Shown: positions 10,815-20,998 of the stretch, piece by piece | Position numbering within the stretch: the stretch's first letter is position 1 | How the letters are laid out: each line of letters starts with the position of its first letter | NCBI GenBank assembly: GCA_963815195.1 | Contig: CAWFGE010000015.1 | Span: 32,001 to 96,000 of the forward strand | Origin: an uncultured Planctomycetaceae bacterium | GTDB taxonomy: Bacteria; Planctomycetota; Planctomycetia; Planctomycetales; Planctomycetaceae | DNA: 64,000 nucleotides | Reading direction: 5' to 3' | The notes under the pieces: model-generated | Told to the model about the DNA's origin: nothing | The model's database searches: none | Seen by the model: only the letters and a program-made list of their open reading frames with translations | Position numbers and translations under genes: made by a program

Positions 10815-11606
10815 ATGCACAGCGAATTGGAGATTGCCCGGCGGGCGGCGGAGGCGGGGGGCGATGTGGTCGCCTCGGCTTATCAAAAAGGCGTTGAGAT
10901 TCGGAGCAAAGCCGTTTCGGATCTGGTGACCGATGCGGACCTCGAAAGCGAGCAGGCGATTGCCCGCGTGGTCCGCGAAGCCTTTCCCGATCATGCGATT
11001 CTGGGGGAGGAGACGTTTCGGGACGATGCCACGGCCGAGCGGTTGTGGGTCGTCGATCCCTTGGACGGCACCACGAATTTCGCCCACGGCATTCCGCATT
11101 TTGCGATTTCCGTCGCTTATTACCAAAACGGCGAGCCGGTGTGCGGGGTGATTTTCAATCCGATCACGCAGGATTGGTACACCGCGGCGCGGGGCGAGGG
11201 CGCCTTTGCGAACGGTCGGCGGGTGCATGTCGCCGAAGAAGATCGACTGTCCGAGGTGCTCGTCGGCGTGGGGTTTTATTACGACCGCGGGGCGATGATG
11301 GAAGCCACCCTCGCGGCGGTGCGGGATTTGTTTCACCAGCAAATCCACGGCATCCGGCGGTTCGGGACGGCTTCGTTGGATTTGGTGCAGGTCGGAATGG
11401 GCCGATATGGGGCGTTTTTTGAATATCAACTTTCGCCGTGGGACTTCGCGGCGGGCCGACTGTTCGTGGAGGAAGCGGGCGGGCGAGTGACGACGGCCAC
11501 GGGCGACGAGTTGCCGCTTGAGAAAACCGGCATCCTGGCATCCAACGGCCGGCTTCACGAGGCGGTTTTGAAAATCATCGCCCCGCACGCCCCCCTTAAG
11601 GAATGA
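10815..11606 (+). CDS. suhB: Inositol monophosphatase (SuhB family)
   Basis: DLVTDAD, GEE, WVVDPLDGTTNFAHG, PWDFAAG motifs. Confidence 0.88.
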   Translation: MHSELEIARRAAEAGGDVVASAYQKGVEIRSKAVSDLVTDADLESEQAIARVVREAFPDHAILGEETFRDDATAERLWVVDPLDGTTNFAHGIPHFAISVAYYQNGEPVCGVIFNPITQDWYTAARGEGAFANGRRVHVAEEDRLSEVLVGVGFYYDRGAMMEATLAAVRDLFHQQIHGIRRFGTASLDLVQVGMGRYGAFFEYQLSPWDFAAGRLFVEEAGGRVTTATGDELPLEKTGILASNGRLHEAVLKIIAPHAPLKE

Positions 11607-11756
11607 TTTTTGCCCTGTCTGGACGCACTGGAAACGTGAAAATCCCCGGCAAGGGGTGAAGTCGCACTCTGATGCGAGTAAGATGGAGTTTGTTGATGAT
11701 TGTCGGTAGGACACCAGCCCGAAGCGCAAGTTTTGAAGTTGCGCGACCTGCAAAAA

Positions 11757-11841
11757 TGTGAGCGGAAGGGCGCTAGCCCCCTGCCTTTTCAACGGAAATT
11801 TGGATATTACAAGGCCGGCGGCTAGCGCCGTGCCGCTCACA
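11757..11841. repeat. REP-like palindrome family A, copy 1
   Basis: TGTGAGCGGAAGGGCGCTAGCC...GGCTAGCGCCGTGCCGCTCACA; related copies at 26299 and 32073. Confidence 0.75.
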
Positions 11842-11909
11842 ATGGACGCTCGTATTAATCAGTTGAACAAAACGACGAGAAGCCTCTGAGATTTAAGGGA
11901 GATTTGATA

Positions 11910-12584
11910 ATGAATGTCCGGCCGATGTTTATGTGCGTGTTTGCGGTGCTGATTTTGCTGCAAGTCGCGGCCAAGCCTTCGCATCAACTCAAGACTGTCA
12001 AAGAACTTCCGAAAGATCTGCCCAAGCCGATCGCCGAGGATATGGACCCGGCCGGCTACGCGTTGGAAGGTCCCTCGGGCACGCTGGGCACGATGTGGTT
12101 CGCCAAGGAAGTCGCCCTCAAACCGGGATTTCAGCCGGGCTTTATGGTGAAATATCCCTTCAACGTCGGCGAACTCCTGGGCGTGCTCAAGGTCGAGAAA
12201 GACGCCAGCCTGACCGATTTTCGCGGCCAGGAGCTGAAAGCCGGGCTGTATACGCTCCGCTACGGCCAGCAACCGCAGGACGGAAACCACATTGGCACCA
12301 GCGAAACGTCCGATTTTCTCTTGGCTTCGCCTATCGCCAAGGATGCCAAGCCCGCGACGCTGACCGATATGGATCAATTCATCAAAAACGGCGCCGCGGC
12401 CGCGGGTTCCAATCACCCGGCGATTTTCTCGCTGTTGCCCGCGGAGAAAGCCGGCGAAGCGAAGCTCACCCATAACGAGGACCGCGATTTTTGGATTCTC
12501 GACGCGACCGTGCCCGGCAAAGATAAAGACAAAGCCGTCAAGGTGCCCGTGAAATTGATCGTCGTTGGCAAAGCCGAGGTTTGA
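11910..12584 (+). CDS. Hypothetical exported protein
   Basis: Hydrophobic signal; DFRGQELKAGLYTLRYGQQPQDGNHIG motif; normal codon usage. Confidence 0.75.
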   Translation: MNVRPMFMCVFAVLILLQVAAKPSHQLKTVKELPKDLPKPIAEDMDPAGYALEGPSGTLGTMWFAKEVALKPGFQPGFMVKYPFNVGELLGVLKVEKDASLTDFRGQELKAGLYTLRYGQQPQDGNHIGTSETSDFLLASPIAKDAKPATLTDMDQFIKNGAAAAGSNHPAIFSLLPAEKAGEAKLTHNEDRDFWILDATVPGKDKDKAVKVPVKLIVVGKAEV

Positions 12585-12607
12585 GACGCAACCCGCAGGA
12601 GTGCAGT

Positions 12608-13207
12608 ATGTTACGCCGATTGACATTCCCCAAGTTCCGTTGGTTCGTGTTGCCCGCGTTGGTTGCGGGTCTGGTTTGGGGATCCGACTGCCGGGCGGAT
12701 GATGCGAAGAAAACTGACAAAAAGCCAACCGAGTCGGCCCCAGCCGAACGTGAAACCTCGGAAGAGGTCCAGAAGGAGTTGTTCACCGGCGAGGTGCTGC
12801 TTTTGGGGGACGCCTTGAAGAAAAAAGGCATCACGGCGTTTGAGGAAATGCAGGACCAGGCGGTGCTCCAGACGCCGGGCGGGGAATTGATTCCGATCGT
12901 TGCCGATTGGCGGGGGCGGGCGTTTTTTCAGGACAAGCGATTGCGGAACCGCAAGGTGGAACTCGTGGGGACGCGGAAGCCCGGCGTGCCCTATCTCCAG
13001 GTGCTGATGGTGTTTACGTTCGACAAGCAAGGCGAGAGGATGTACACGGATTACTGGTGCGACGTGTGCTCGATCCCCATGTACGAAATCAAGCCCTGCG
13101 ACTGCTGCCAAGGCCCGATCCGCCTCAGGTTCCAATCCAAGCCGCTGCCCAATTATCTGCCGCAATCGAAAACCGAAGAATCCTCCAAGAAATCGGCCGA
13201 TCGATGA
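12608..13207 (+). CDS. Hypothetical exported protein with C-terminal CxxC...CxCC cluster
   Basis: Signal peptide; YWCDVCSIPMYEIKPCDCCQG; stop overlaps mch ATG. Confidence 0.75.
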   Translation: MLRRLTFPKFRWFVLPALVAGLVWGSDCRADDAKKTDKKPTESAPAERETSEEVQKELFTGEVLLLGDALKKKGITAFEEMQDQAVLQTPGGELIPIVADWRGRAFFQDKRLRNRKVELVGTRKPGVPYLQVLMVFTFDKQGERMYTDYWCDVCSIPMYEIKPCDCCQGPIRLRFQSKPLPNYLPQSKTEESSKKSADR

Positions 13208-14154
13208 CCGGAAATCTGAACCAGCGGGCTTGGAATCTGATCGAAGAAGTCGCCGCGAAAGCCGAGGTCCTGCGGATCGAAGAGCATCATTTGGAAGCCG
13301 GCGCCCGCTGGTGGGATTTTGGAATCAAAGCGGAAGGCGGCTTGGAAGCGGGCCTGCTTCTGAGCCGAGCCTGCATGAGCGACCTGGCCCGGATTGAAAT
13401 CATTCCGGGCTTCATCGGCACAAAAAGTTGGCCGCTGGTGCAAGTCACCACGGACCATCCCGGGGAAGCATGTTTGTTCAGCCAGTATGCCGGTTGGCGG
13501 GTGTCGGTCGGAAAGTTTTTCGGGATGGGTTCCGGACCGATCCGAGCGATTGCGGCGCGTGAAGAGTTGTTCGAGAAACTGGATTACAAAGAGAAGTCCA
13601 AAGTCGCCGTGGGGATTTTGGAAACCAACCAACCGCCCACGGAAGCTGCCTTCGAAGAGTTCGCGGCGAAGACGGGGCTAAAACCATCGAAGATCTGTTT
13701 GTTGGTTGCCCCGACTTCCAGCCAAGCGGGAACCGTGCAAATCGTGGCCCGCTCCGTGGAGACCACGCTGCATAAGCTGTTCGAGTTGGGCTTCGATGTC
13801 CGCCGGGTGCGAAGTGCCTGGGGCGTCGCTCCGTTGCCACCTTGCGGGGCGGATTTTCTCACGAGCCTGGGCCGGACGAATGATGCGATCCTCTACGGCG
13901 GCCGGGTGCAGTTGTGGGTCACGGGCGATCCTGAAGACCTAAAAGCGGTCGGCCCCCGGGTGCCTGCGGATTCCTCCGAAGCCCACGGCCGCCCGTTCCG
14001 CGAAATCTTTGAAACCGCGGGCATGGACTTCTATCAGATCGACCCGCACCTGTTCAGCCCGGCGGAGGTCGTTTTCAGCAGCTTGGAAACGGGGGCGGTG
14101 TTCCGCTTCGGCCATGTCGCCGAGGAGGTTTTAGAGCGGTCCTTTGGGATTTGA
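13204..14154 (+). CDS. mch: Methenyltetrahydromethanopterin cyclohydrolase
   Basis: DFGIKAEGGLEAG, SQYAGW, GSGPIRA, APTSSQAGTVQIVARSVET, GRTNDAILYGG, DFYQIDPHLFSPA. Confidence 0.93.
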   Translation: MTGNLNQRAWNLIEEVAAKAEVLRIEEHHLEAGARWWDFGIKAEGGLEAGLLLSRACMSDLARIEIIPGFIGTKSWPLVQVTTDHPGEACLFSQYAGWRVSVGKFFGMGSGPIRAIAAREELFEKLDYKEKSKVAVGILETNQPPTEAAFEEFAAKTGLKPSKICLLVAPTSSQAGTVQIVARSVETTLHKLFELGFDVRRVRSAWGVAPLPPCGADFLTSLGRTNDAILYGGRVQLWVTGDPEDLKAVGPRVPADSSEAHGRPFREIFETAGMDFYQIDPHLFSPAEVVFSSLETGAVFRFGHVAEEVLERSFGI

Positions 14155-14181
14155 TCGGCACCCTGTCAAAGCGAACGAAAC

Positions 14182-15072
14182 GTGCGAATCGGCGTCTTGG
14201 GGAACGAGGGCAGTTGGTATTACCAGGATCTCGCGCAGGCCGCGGCCGAATTGGGGCACGACATCGATCGCCTCGATTTTCCCCGCCTGACTGCACGGGT
14301 CGATTCCTCCGGGACGCAACTGACCACCGGCGACATGACGTTGCAAAATTACGATGCCGTCATCGTCCGCACCATGCCGCCGGGGTCTTTGGAGCAGGTC
14401 GTGTACCGGATGGATGCGCTCGCCGCTTTGGAATCGGCGGGAGTCAGAGTCATCAATCCGCCGAAGGCCATCGAATGTGCCGTGGACAAATTCCTGACGA
14501 CGCACCGCCTGGCCGGGGCGGGTTTGCAGGTTCCCGCGACGGTGGTCTCTGAGGATGCGGATTCCGCGATGGAAGCCTTTGCCGAACTTGGCGGCGATGT
14601 GGTCGTCAAACCCTTGTTCGGCTCCGAGGGCCGGGGCATCGTGCGGGTCAGCGATCCCGATCTGGCCTGGCGGACGTTCCGCACGCTCGAACGATTGAAT
14701 GCGGTGCTGTATCTCCAGGCCTTTATCGATCATCCCGGCTGGGACGTGCGGGTGATGGTTTTGGATGGGGCCATCCTCGGCGGCATGAAGCGAATCAGCG
14801 GAGAGGACTTTCGCACCAACGTCTCCCGGCAAGCGACGACCCAATCTTATGAACCCACCGCCCAGGAACAAAGCTGGGCCCTCGCAGCCGCGAATGCGGT
14901 GGGGGCGTGGTTTGCCGGGGTCGATCTGCTTTACAACCGTGCGGGATTGGGCTATGTGATAGAAGTCAACGCCGTCCCCGGTTGGCGGGCCTTCGCCCGC
15001 GCGACGGGCCAAGACATCGCCCGAGTGTTGATCGAACGAATCGCTCAGGCTCACGAATCTCGGTATTGCTAA
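14182..15072 (+). CDS. RimK-family ATP-grasp ligase (Orf5/MptN-like)
   Basis: PGSLEQVVYRMDAL, VDKFLT, VVKPLFGSEGRG, FRTNVS, IEVNAVPGW; directly after mch. Confidence 0.85.
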   Translation: MRIGVLGNEGSWYYQDLAQAAAELGHDIDRLDFPRLTARVDSSGTQLTTGDMTLQNYDAVIVRTMPPGSLEQVVYRMDALAALESAGVRVINPPKAIECAVDKFLTTHRLAGAGLQVPATVVSEDADSAMEAFAELGGDVVVKPLFGSEGRGIVRVSDPDLAWRTFRTLERLNAVLYLQAFIDHPGWDVRVMVLDGAILGGMKRISGEDFRTNVSRQATTQSYEPTAQEQSWALAAANAVGAWFAGVDLLYNRAGLGYVIEVNAVPGWRAFARATGQDIARVLIERIAQAHESRYC

Positions 15073-15191
15073 AAAAAGTTGAGCCGCGCACGAAGTAAGC
15101 GGTAGTGCTAAAAAAAGTTGAGCCGCGCACGAAGTAAGCGGTAGTGCAGTTGCTAAATTCTCAAAAACCGCTTACTTCGTGCGCGGCTCAA
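15067..15191. repeat. 39-bp tandem duplication plus 25-bp inverted copy
   Basis: TGCTAAAAAAAGTTGAGCCGCGCACGAAGTAAGCGGTAG at 15067-15105 and 15106-15144; reverse complement ACCGCTTACTTCGTGCGCGGCTCAA at 15167-15191. Confidence 0.92.
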
Positions 15192-15236
15192 ATGAACCAA
15201 TCGCGTTTCGGAACTTCTGAATCTGAGGAACCACCC

Positions 15237-16158
15237 ATGCAGCTTGAGGAACTGACCGCCGCCTTGTCCGAGGAAATGCCCGCCGTTTTGCGCTGGTGCG
15301 GGGCGGTGGCGAAGCGGCTCCGGCAGTTTGACATTGCGGTCTCGGGCAAAACGTCGGGAAGCTCCAACACGGATGCCTTGACGCTTGCGGATCTCTCCGT
15401 CCAGGAGTCTCTTGGTGGCGGCTCTGCGGGATTTGAACCCGCTGTTTCGCCAGTGCCGACTGGAAGCCGAGGAGTCCACGGGCGACTTGGAAAAATTCGC
15501 GAGCCAAAGCGAATACACGATCGCCCTCGATCCGATCGACGGCACGAAGCAATACCGCGACAAAACGGGCAACGGCTGGGCGGTGATGCTCAACCTGCGC
15601 ACGCCCGAGGAGGTGAAATATTCGCTGGTGTTCATTCCCGAGACGGGCCCCAATGGAACCTGGGTGGAAGCGGTGGGTGAGCGGATCATCGTCGGCGAGG
15701 ATGATCCCAACCGCCCCGCCGCCCTGGTCCTCAAATCGCTGCCGCCGATTACGCCGGCGTCCCGGAAGCAAGGCAAAAAGATCTATGTCATCGGCTTTCA
15801 GGATCAGGATCGACAGAAGGCGAATCTCGTCACCGAAGCGGGGCTGGAAGGCCGATTGTCGGAGGACATGCCCGGCAGCATTTTTGATCTGTTCGCGCGG
15901 GGCGAATACGCCGGCTCGCTGATTCACAGTCCGAACGTTTACGACTTCCCCGTCTCTTCGCAAATCGCCCGCATCCTGGGAGGCGATGCAGTCTGGGTCC
16001 ACAACCGTAAGCCGGTGCATTTTCGGGATCTGTGGCTGGATGACCGGGCCGACATGCTCCGCCTGCCGGGCATCGTCGCCTGCAGCGACGACCCGGAAGT
16101 CTTAAATACCCTCTGCGATCTCGCGAAAGACTGGAACCCGAATCGCTATCACGACTAA
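15237..16158 (+). CDS. Divergent inositol monophosphatase/FIG superfamily protein (frameshift ~15408)
   Basis: TLADLSVQE joined to LLVAALRD by removing one T; AEE, LDPIDGT, NVYDF motifs. Confidence 0.8.
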
Positions 16159-16247
16159 CCGGCGAAAAAACCAAAAGAGAAAGCGGCGAGGATTTTTTTC
16201 TCAGGAATACTTCGCATCGTGTTCCGGTCGCATTCTGGGTCTGTTTC

Positions 16248-16375
16248 TCAACTCATCCTCGGTTTCCAAGGCATCCACGACCCCGGCGACGAGCGGAGCC
16301 TCGGCCCGAACACGGTGAGGCCGATCTGCTCCTGTTTCGCCAATGCGAGACCGCCAAGTAACCGTGGCACATCGA
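16248..16375 (-). pseudogene. purD: Short remnant of phosphoribosylamine-glycine ligase N-domain
   Basis: With one frameshift the minus strand reads DVPRLL..LALAKQEQIGLTVFGP/EAPLVAGVVDALE, matching the PurD motif xxLTVVGPExPLVxGxVD. No start or rest of gene. Confidence 0.6.
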
Positions 16376-16423
16376 CTCCCCTCGAATCCGTTGAGCGCAA
16401 TTCCCCTCGAACACCCTTTTTCC

Positions 16424-17866
16424 TCAGGCCAGCACGTCCTTCAGCACGTGGCCGTGGACGTTCGTCAAACGCCGCTGGATACCGTTGTGGTAGAAGGTGA
16501 GCCGCTCGTGATCGATGCCCAGCAGATGGAGCACGGTGGCATGAAGATCGTATGTCGTCGCGGGGTGTTCGACGGCGGCGTAGCCGATGGCGTCCGTCGC
16601 GCCGAACGCGAAGCCGGGCTTTAATCCCCCGCCGGCGAGGACATTCGAGAAGCCTTCGGGGTGATGGTCGCGGCCTTTGCTCAGCTTGCCGCGGTCGGCT
16701 TGGGCGTAGGGCGTGCGGCCGAATTCCGTGGTGATCATCACGACGGTCGAGTCGAGCAGGCCGCGCTCGCGGAGGTCGCGGATCAAGCCCGCAACAGGCC
16801 GATCGATCCGCAGGGCTTCCCCCGAATGGCTCTTGTAGCCTTTTCCGGTGATGTCGCCGTGGGCGTCCCAGGAGACGCCGTCGCCCGTCCACAATTGGAC
16901 CATGCGGACGCCCCGCTCGATCAGCCGCCGGGCCGCGAGGCAGTTGCGGGCCGTGTCCCGGCATTCGTTCCGGTCGAGGCCGTACAACTTCTGCACGTGC
17001 TCCGGTTCGCTTTTCAGGTCCATCGCTTCGGGAATGGCCGACTGCATTTTCGCCGCGAGTTCGTAACTGCGAATCCGCGCGGCCAAGAGATCGGTCTCGG
17101 CGTGCTGTTCCCGGTGGATTTCGTTGAGCTGCTTCAAAAGGTCCAACCGGTCCCGCTGCGTGGATTGATCAAAGCCGCCGGCCGGTTCCAGGTCGAGAAT
17201 CGGCGGGCCGCCTTTGGTGTTAAAGGGCACGCCTTGATGCTCCGCCGGCAGAAACCCGCTGGTCCAGTTGAAGGCTCCGCCGGCCGCGTTCGGAATGCCG
17301 CGGGAGTCGGGGAGCACCACGAAGCTCGGCAGGTTGCCGTTCAAGTTGCCCAGCCCGTAAGACAGCCAGGCCCCCATTGCGGGGAAACCCATCTGTCGAA
17401 AGCCCGTGTTCGCTTGAAAGATGCCGGGGATGTGATTGGCGGTCTCGGCGACCATGGACTTGATGATTGTCAGTTCGTCCGCGACTTCGTTGAGGTGCGG
17501 AAAGAGGTCCGACATCCACAGGCCGCTTTTTCCCCGCTTTTTGAAAGGGAAATGCGATCGGTGCAGCCGCCCCGCCCGGCCCATGAAGGGGTCCGCCTTG
17601 CCGAACGAGGCGGGCAAATCTTTGTTGTGGTATTTCTCGAGTTCGGGCTTGTAGTCGAAGGAATCCACCTGGCTCAAGCCGCCGCCCAGGAAGATATGTA
17701 TCACCTGTTTCGCGCGGGCCTTGTGGTGCAGCCCGCCTTCATTCGGGGAGCCGGCTTCGAGGGTGCCGTCGCGAAGCAGCAAGTCGGCAAGCGCCATTCC
17801 CGCGACGCCGAACGCCGCGTGCGACAGAAACTCTCGGCGTGGTTTGACGAAAACATCGGCGGTCAT
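16424..17866 (-). CDS. DUF1501 domain protein (Tat-like signal)
   Basis: PRREFLS, IFLGGGLSQVDSFDYKP, WDAH, TEFGRTP, GRDHHP, RRLTNVHG. Confidence 0.92.
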   Translation of the reverse strand: MTADVFVKPRREFLSHAAFGVAGMALADLLLRDGTLEAGSPNEGGLHHKARAKQVIHIFLGGGLSQVDSFDYKPELEKYHNKDLPASFGKADPFMGRAGRLHRSHFPFKKRGKSGLWMSDLFPHLNEVADELTIIKSMVAETANHIPGIFQANTGFRQMGFPAMGAWLSYGLGNLNGNLPSFVVLPDSRGIPNAAGGAFNWTSGFLPAEHQGVPFNTKGGPPILDLEPAGGFDQSTQRDRLDLLKQLNEIHREQHAETDLLAARIRSYELAAKMQSAIPEAMDLKSEPEHVQKLYGLDRNECRDTARNCLAARRLIERGVRMVQLWTGDGVSWDAHGDITGKGYKSHSGEALRIDRPVAGLIRDLRERGLLDSTVVMITTEFGRTPYAQADRGKLSKGRDHHPEGFSNVLAGGGLKPGFAFGATDAIGYAAVEHPATTYDLHATVLHLLGIDHERLTFYHNGIQRRLTNVHGHVLKDVLA

Positions 17867-17873
17867 CTTCAGG

Positions 17874-20800
17874 TCACTCCACAAATAGAAACTCATTGGT
17901 GTTGAGCAGCACGAGCGACAATTGCTCCAGCCCGCGGCGTTTCAGAAAATCGCGGGCGAGATCGACTTCGCGCGGCTGCGGCGTACGCGCCAGGACCAAA
18001 CGGTACAGGCGATGGATCTGCTCTTCATCCTTCTGGCCCGCTTCGCGGCGGACGCGGTCGGCCAGCCGTTTGGCGCACTCTTCGACAAACCCGTTGTTGA
18101 GCAGCGACAGCGACTGCACCGGCGTGATCGTCTGGGAGCGGCGCGGGGCCATGACGGACGGGGCGGGACAGTCGAGCGACTCGAGCAGCGGATTGTTGCC
18201 GGAACGAGCCCACAGACGATAAATCGTGCGGCGCTCGTGGAACTCGCCGGTCGGTGTGGTGAATTCGTGATTCGTGCCCAACTTCACAGCGACATCCCGA
18301 TAGCTCGGCCCGCCCAAGCTGCGGTCGAGCGCCCGCTGAGGGCCAGCATCGCGTCGCGCGCCGATTCCCCGTCCAGCCGGCGGGAATGGCTCCGCCAGAG
18401 CAAACGGTTGTCCGCATCGAACTCCCCCGCGCGGGGATTTTTCACGTTGGAGGCCTGGCAATAGGTGGCCGACGTGACGATCAAGCGGTGCATCTCCTTC
18501 AATTTCCAGCCGCCGGCCATAAACCGGTCCGCGAGCCAGTCGAGCAATTCCGGATGGCTGGGCCGGCCGCCCGCGAAACCGAAATCGCTGGGCGTGTCCA
18601 CGATGCCTGTGCCGAAATGGTAATGCCAGAGCCGATTGACCATCACCCGCGGCGTGAGCGGATTTCGCGGATCGGTCAGCCACCGGGCGAGCGCGACCCG
18701 CCGCTGGGCTTCCGGGGCGTCGGGCTTCAATCCGAAATCATCGGACAGCCCCGCCCGCGACAGGGCCGCGAGTCCGCGCGGCGAGACGACATCCCCGCGG
18801 TTCCGGTAATCGCCCCGGGCCAAGACATGAAACACCGGCGGCTGCTTGGGAATGATCACATGGGCCACGCCCTCAAACGGCTGGGCCGGCTGCTTCGCTT
18901 CGATCTGTTTGAGTTCCAGGCGGAGGTCTTCATAGCGTTTTTTTTCGGCGGCCGAGGCTTTCGCCAAAATGGTTGTGAGCGATTCGCCCGAGCGAATATC
19001 GCGCGACTCGGTTTCGAAGTTCCGGGCGATCTGTTCCGCGGAGAGGGCTTGGTTATAGATCGCGACAAAATGCACGTCGCCTTCCCAGAGGCGGTCGCCG
19101 GTCAATTCGTTGCCGATCGCCAGACGGAAATCATCGTTCCAATTCGCAAAATCACCGGCTGCCTTCCGACTGGCAACCTGCTTGCCGTCCACATAACACC
19201 GCATCTCCTCCGCGCGGTCGAACGTAAACACGACATGCGTCTTCCGTTGCCCGGTTTTGCCTTCGGGACTCGCCAGCGACGGCAGGCCGTTTTGATCGGT
19301 CTTCGTCGTGCGCAACCTCAGGTCAAAGCGGCCGCCGTCCTGCCCCAGCGTGAAATTCCGCTGGCCGGAATCGAGCGAGAGCGTCACAATCCGCGCGGGG
19401 CCGGTTTGGTTCGCCTTCGCCGGTTTGATCCAAGCTTCGATCGTGAACTCATGGGTTTTTTTGACCGCGGCAACGAGTTTTTTCGCGGGACCGCTCGAAG
19501 CAAACCGCGGCTTGCCGCCGGCCGCCAGATTCAATGGCTTTCCAACGTTACTCTCGTCCGCAAGCTGTTTGCCGTCTGTTTCGCTCGGCCGGTAGAGCAC
19601 CTGCAAGCCTGCGATCGCCTGGCCGTCCTGGCCCCGGCCGTATTTCTCGCGGAGCGAGTCTTCAATCGCGGTCAATCCCTGCCGAAGCCGATCGCGGGCC
19701 CTGGTCCATTCGCGGTATTCCTGGGTGTCGGGCTTCGCCGAGATTCCCTGGCGTTCTTTTTCTTCCTGCGTCACGCCGCCAAGGAGCGTCGCCATCTGGT
19801 AATACTCCCGCTGGGAGATCGGATCGAACTTGTGATCGTGGCAGCGAGCGCAGTTGATCGTCAGTCCTAAAAAGGTCTGCCCCAACGCCGCGACCTGGTC
19901 TTCGAGATCATCCTGCCGGACGGCTTTTTGCATTTCCGCCGAGCCTTCCTTGTGCCCCACCTGATCCCAAGTGCCGCACACGAGAAAGCCGGTCGCCAGC
20001 AAAGGATCGAGATCGCCGGGATTGAGCACATCGCCCGCGATCTGCTGGCGGACAAATTCGTCGTAAGCCAAATCGCGATTGAGCGATCGCACGACCCAAT
20101 CGCGATACCGCCAGGCGTTTTCGCGAATGAGGTTTCGCTCGAAGCCCTGGCTTTCGCCGAAGCGGATCACGTCCAGCCAATGCCTGGCCCAGCGCTCGCC
20201 GTAATGCGGCGAATCGAGCAGCCGATCGACCACGTCGGCATACGCGGGCGAGCTTCCGTGAAAGTCAGCCGGATCGATCTCGACGCCCACAAGTTCCTCT
20301 TTCCATTTGCCGTTGTCTTCCTTCAAAACCGGCGGCAAGCCGATGAGGTCGAAGTACAGCCGCCGCAAGAGCGTGCGCGGGTCGGCTTCTGGAGCCGGAG
20401 CGAGTCCCGCCGCTTCGAGCTTCGCCAACACGAACCGATCGATTTCATTTCGCGGCCAGGCTGTGTTCTTGACGCTGGGCACCGCGGGCTTCTTGATGGG
20501 TCTCAGCGACCACCAATCGTAGCCGGCGCGTTTGTCCGTCGTGAACCGGAACGGATCGATCGGATCCGTCTCCCAACTCGCCCCCTCCGCGATCCATTGG
20601 CGAAGCCGTTGCCTTTCCTCGGCGGCTAGCGGCGACTCCGGAGGCATCTCCTCCGCGGCGATTCGTTTCCAGAGCAAACTCTTGTCGGGCTGGCCCGCCG
20701 TGATGACCGAACCGCTCTCGCCGCCGGCTTTGGCCGCGGCCTTCCGCGACAAGTCCAGTCCGCCCTTTTTCGCGGCCCCGTTGTGGCAAGACAGACACCG

Positions 20801-20968
20801 CCGGGCCAACAGCGGGGCGATCTGGGCATCAAACGAAATCTTGGTCGGCGGAGCGGCGAACGCGCGGCCGGTGAAAGCCGTCGGCATTTGAAATAGCACT
20901 GCGATCAGCCAGAAACATCGGCTCAACAGCCACCATGATGTCCGGGATCGAATCGTCGAGTTCATCAT
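17874..20968 (-). CDS. Planctomycete cytochrome c / DUF1549 / LamG / DUF1553 (PSD1) protein (frameshift ~18333)
   Basis: CLSCH and CARCHDHKFDP heme motifs, SPHYGERWARHWLD, LamG-like FTIEAWIKP, PSHPELLDWLA. One extra G gives MLALSGALDRSLGGP. Confidence 0.9.
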
Positions 20969-20998
20969 CTCAATTTCTCACAGAGTTTTTGTGCGGTT

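Noticed and set aside
15067..15191. CRISPR array
   Set aside because: Only two abutting copies with no spacers, plus an inverted arm; no cas genes.
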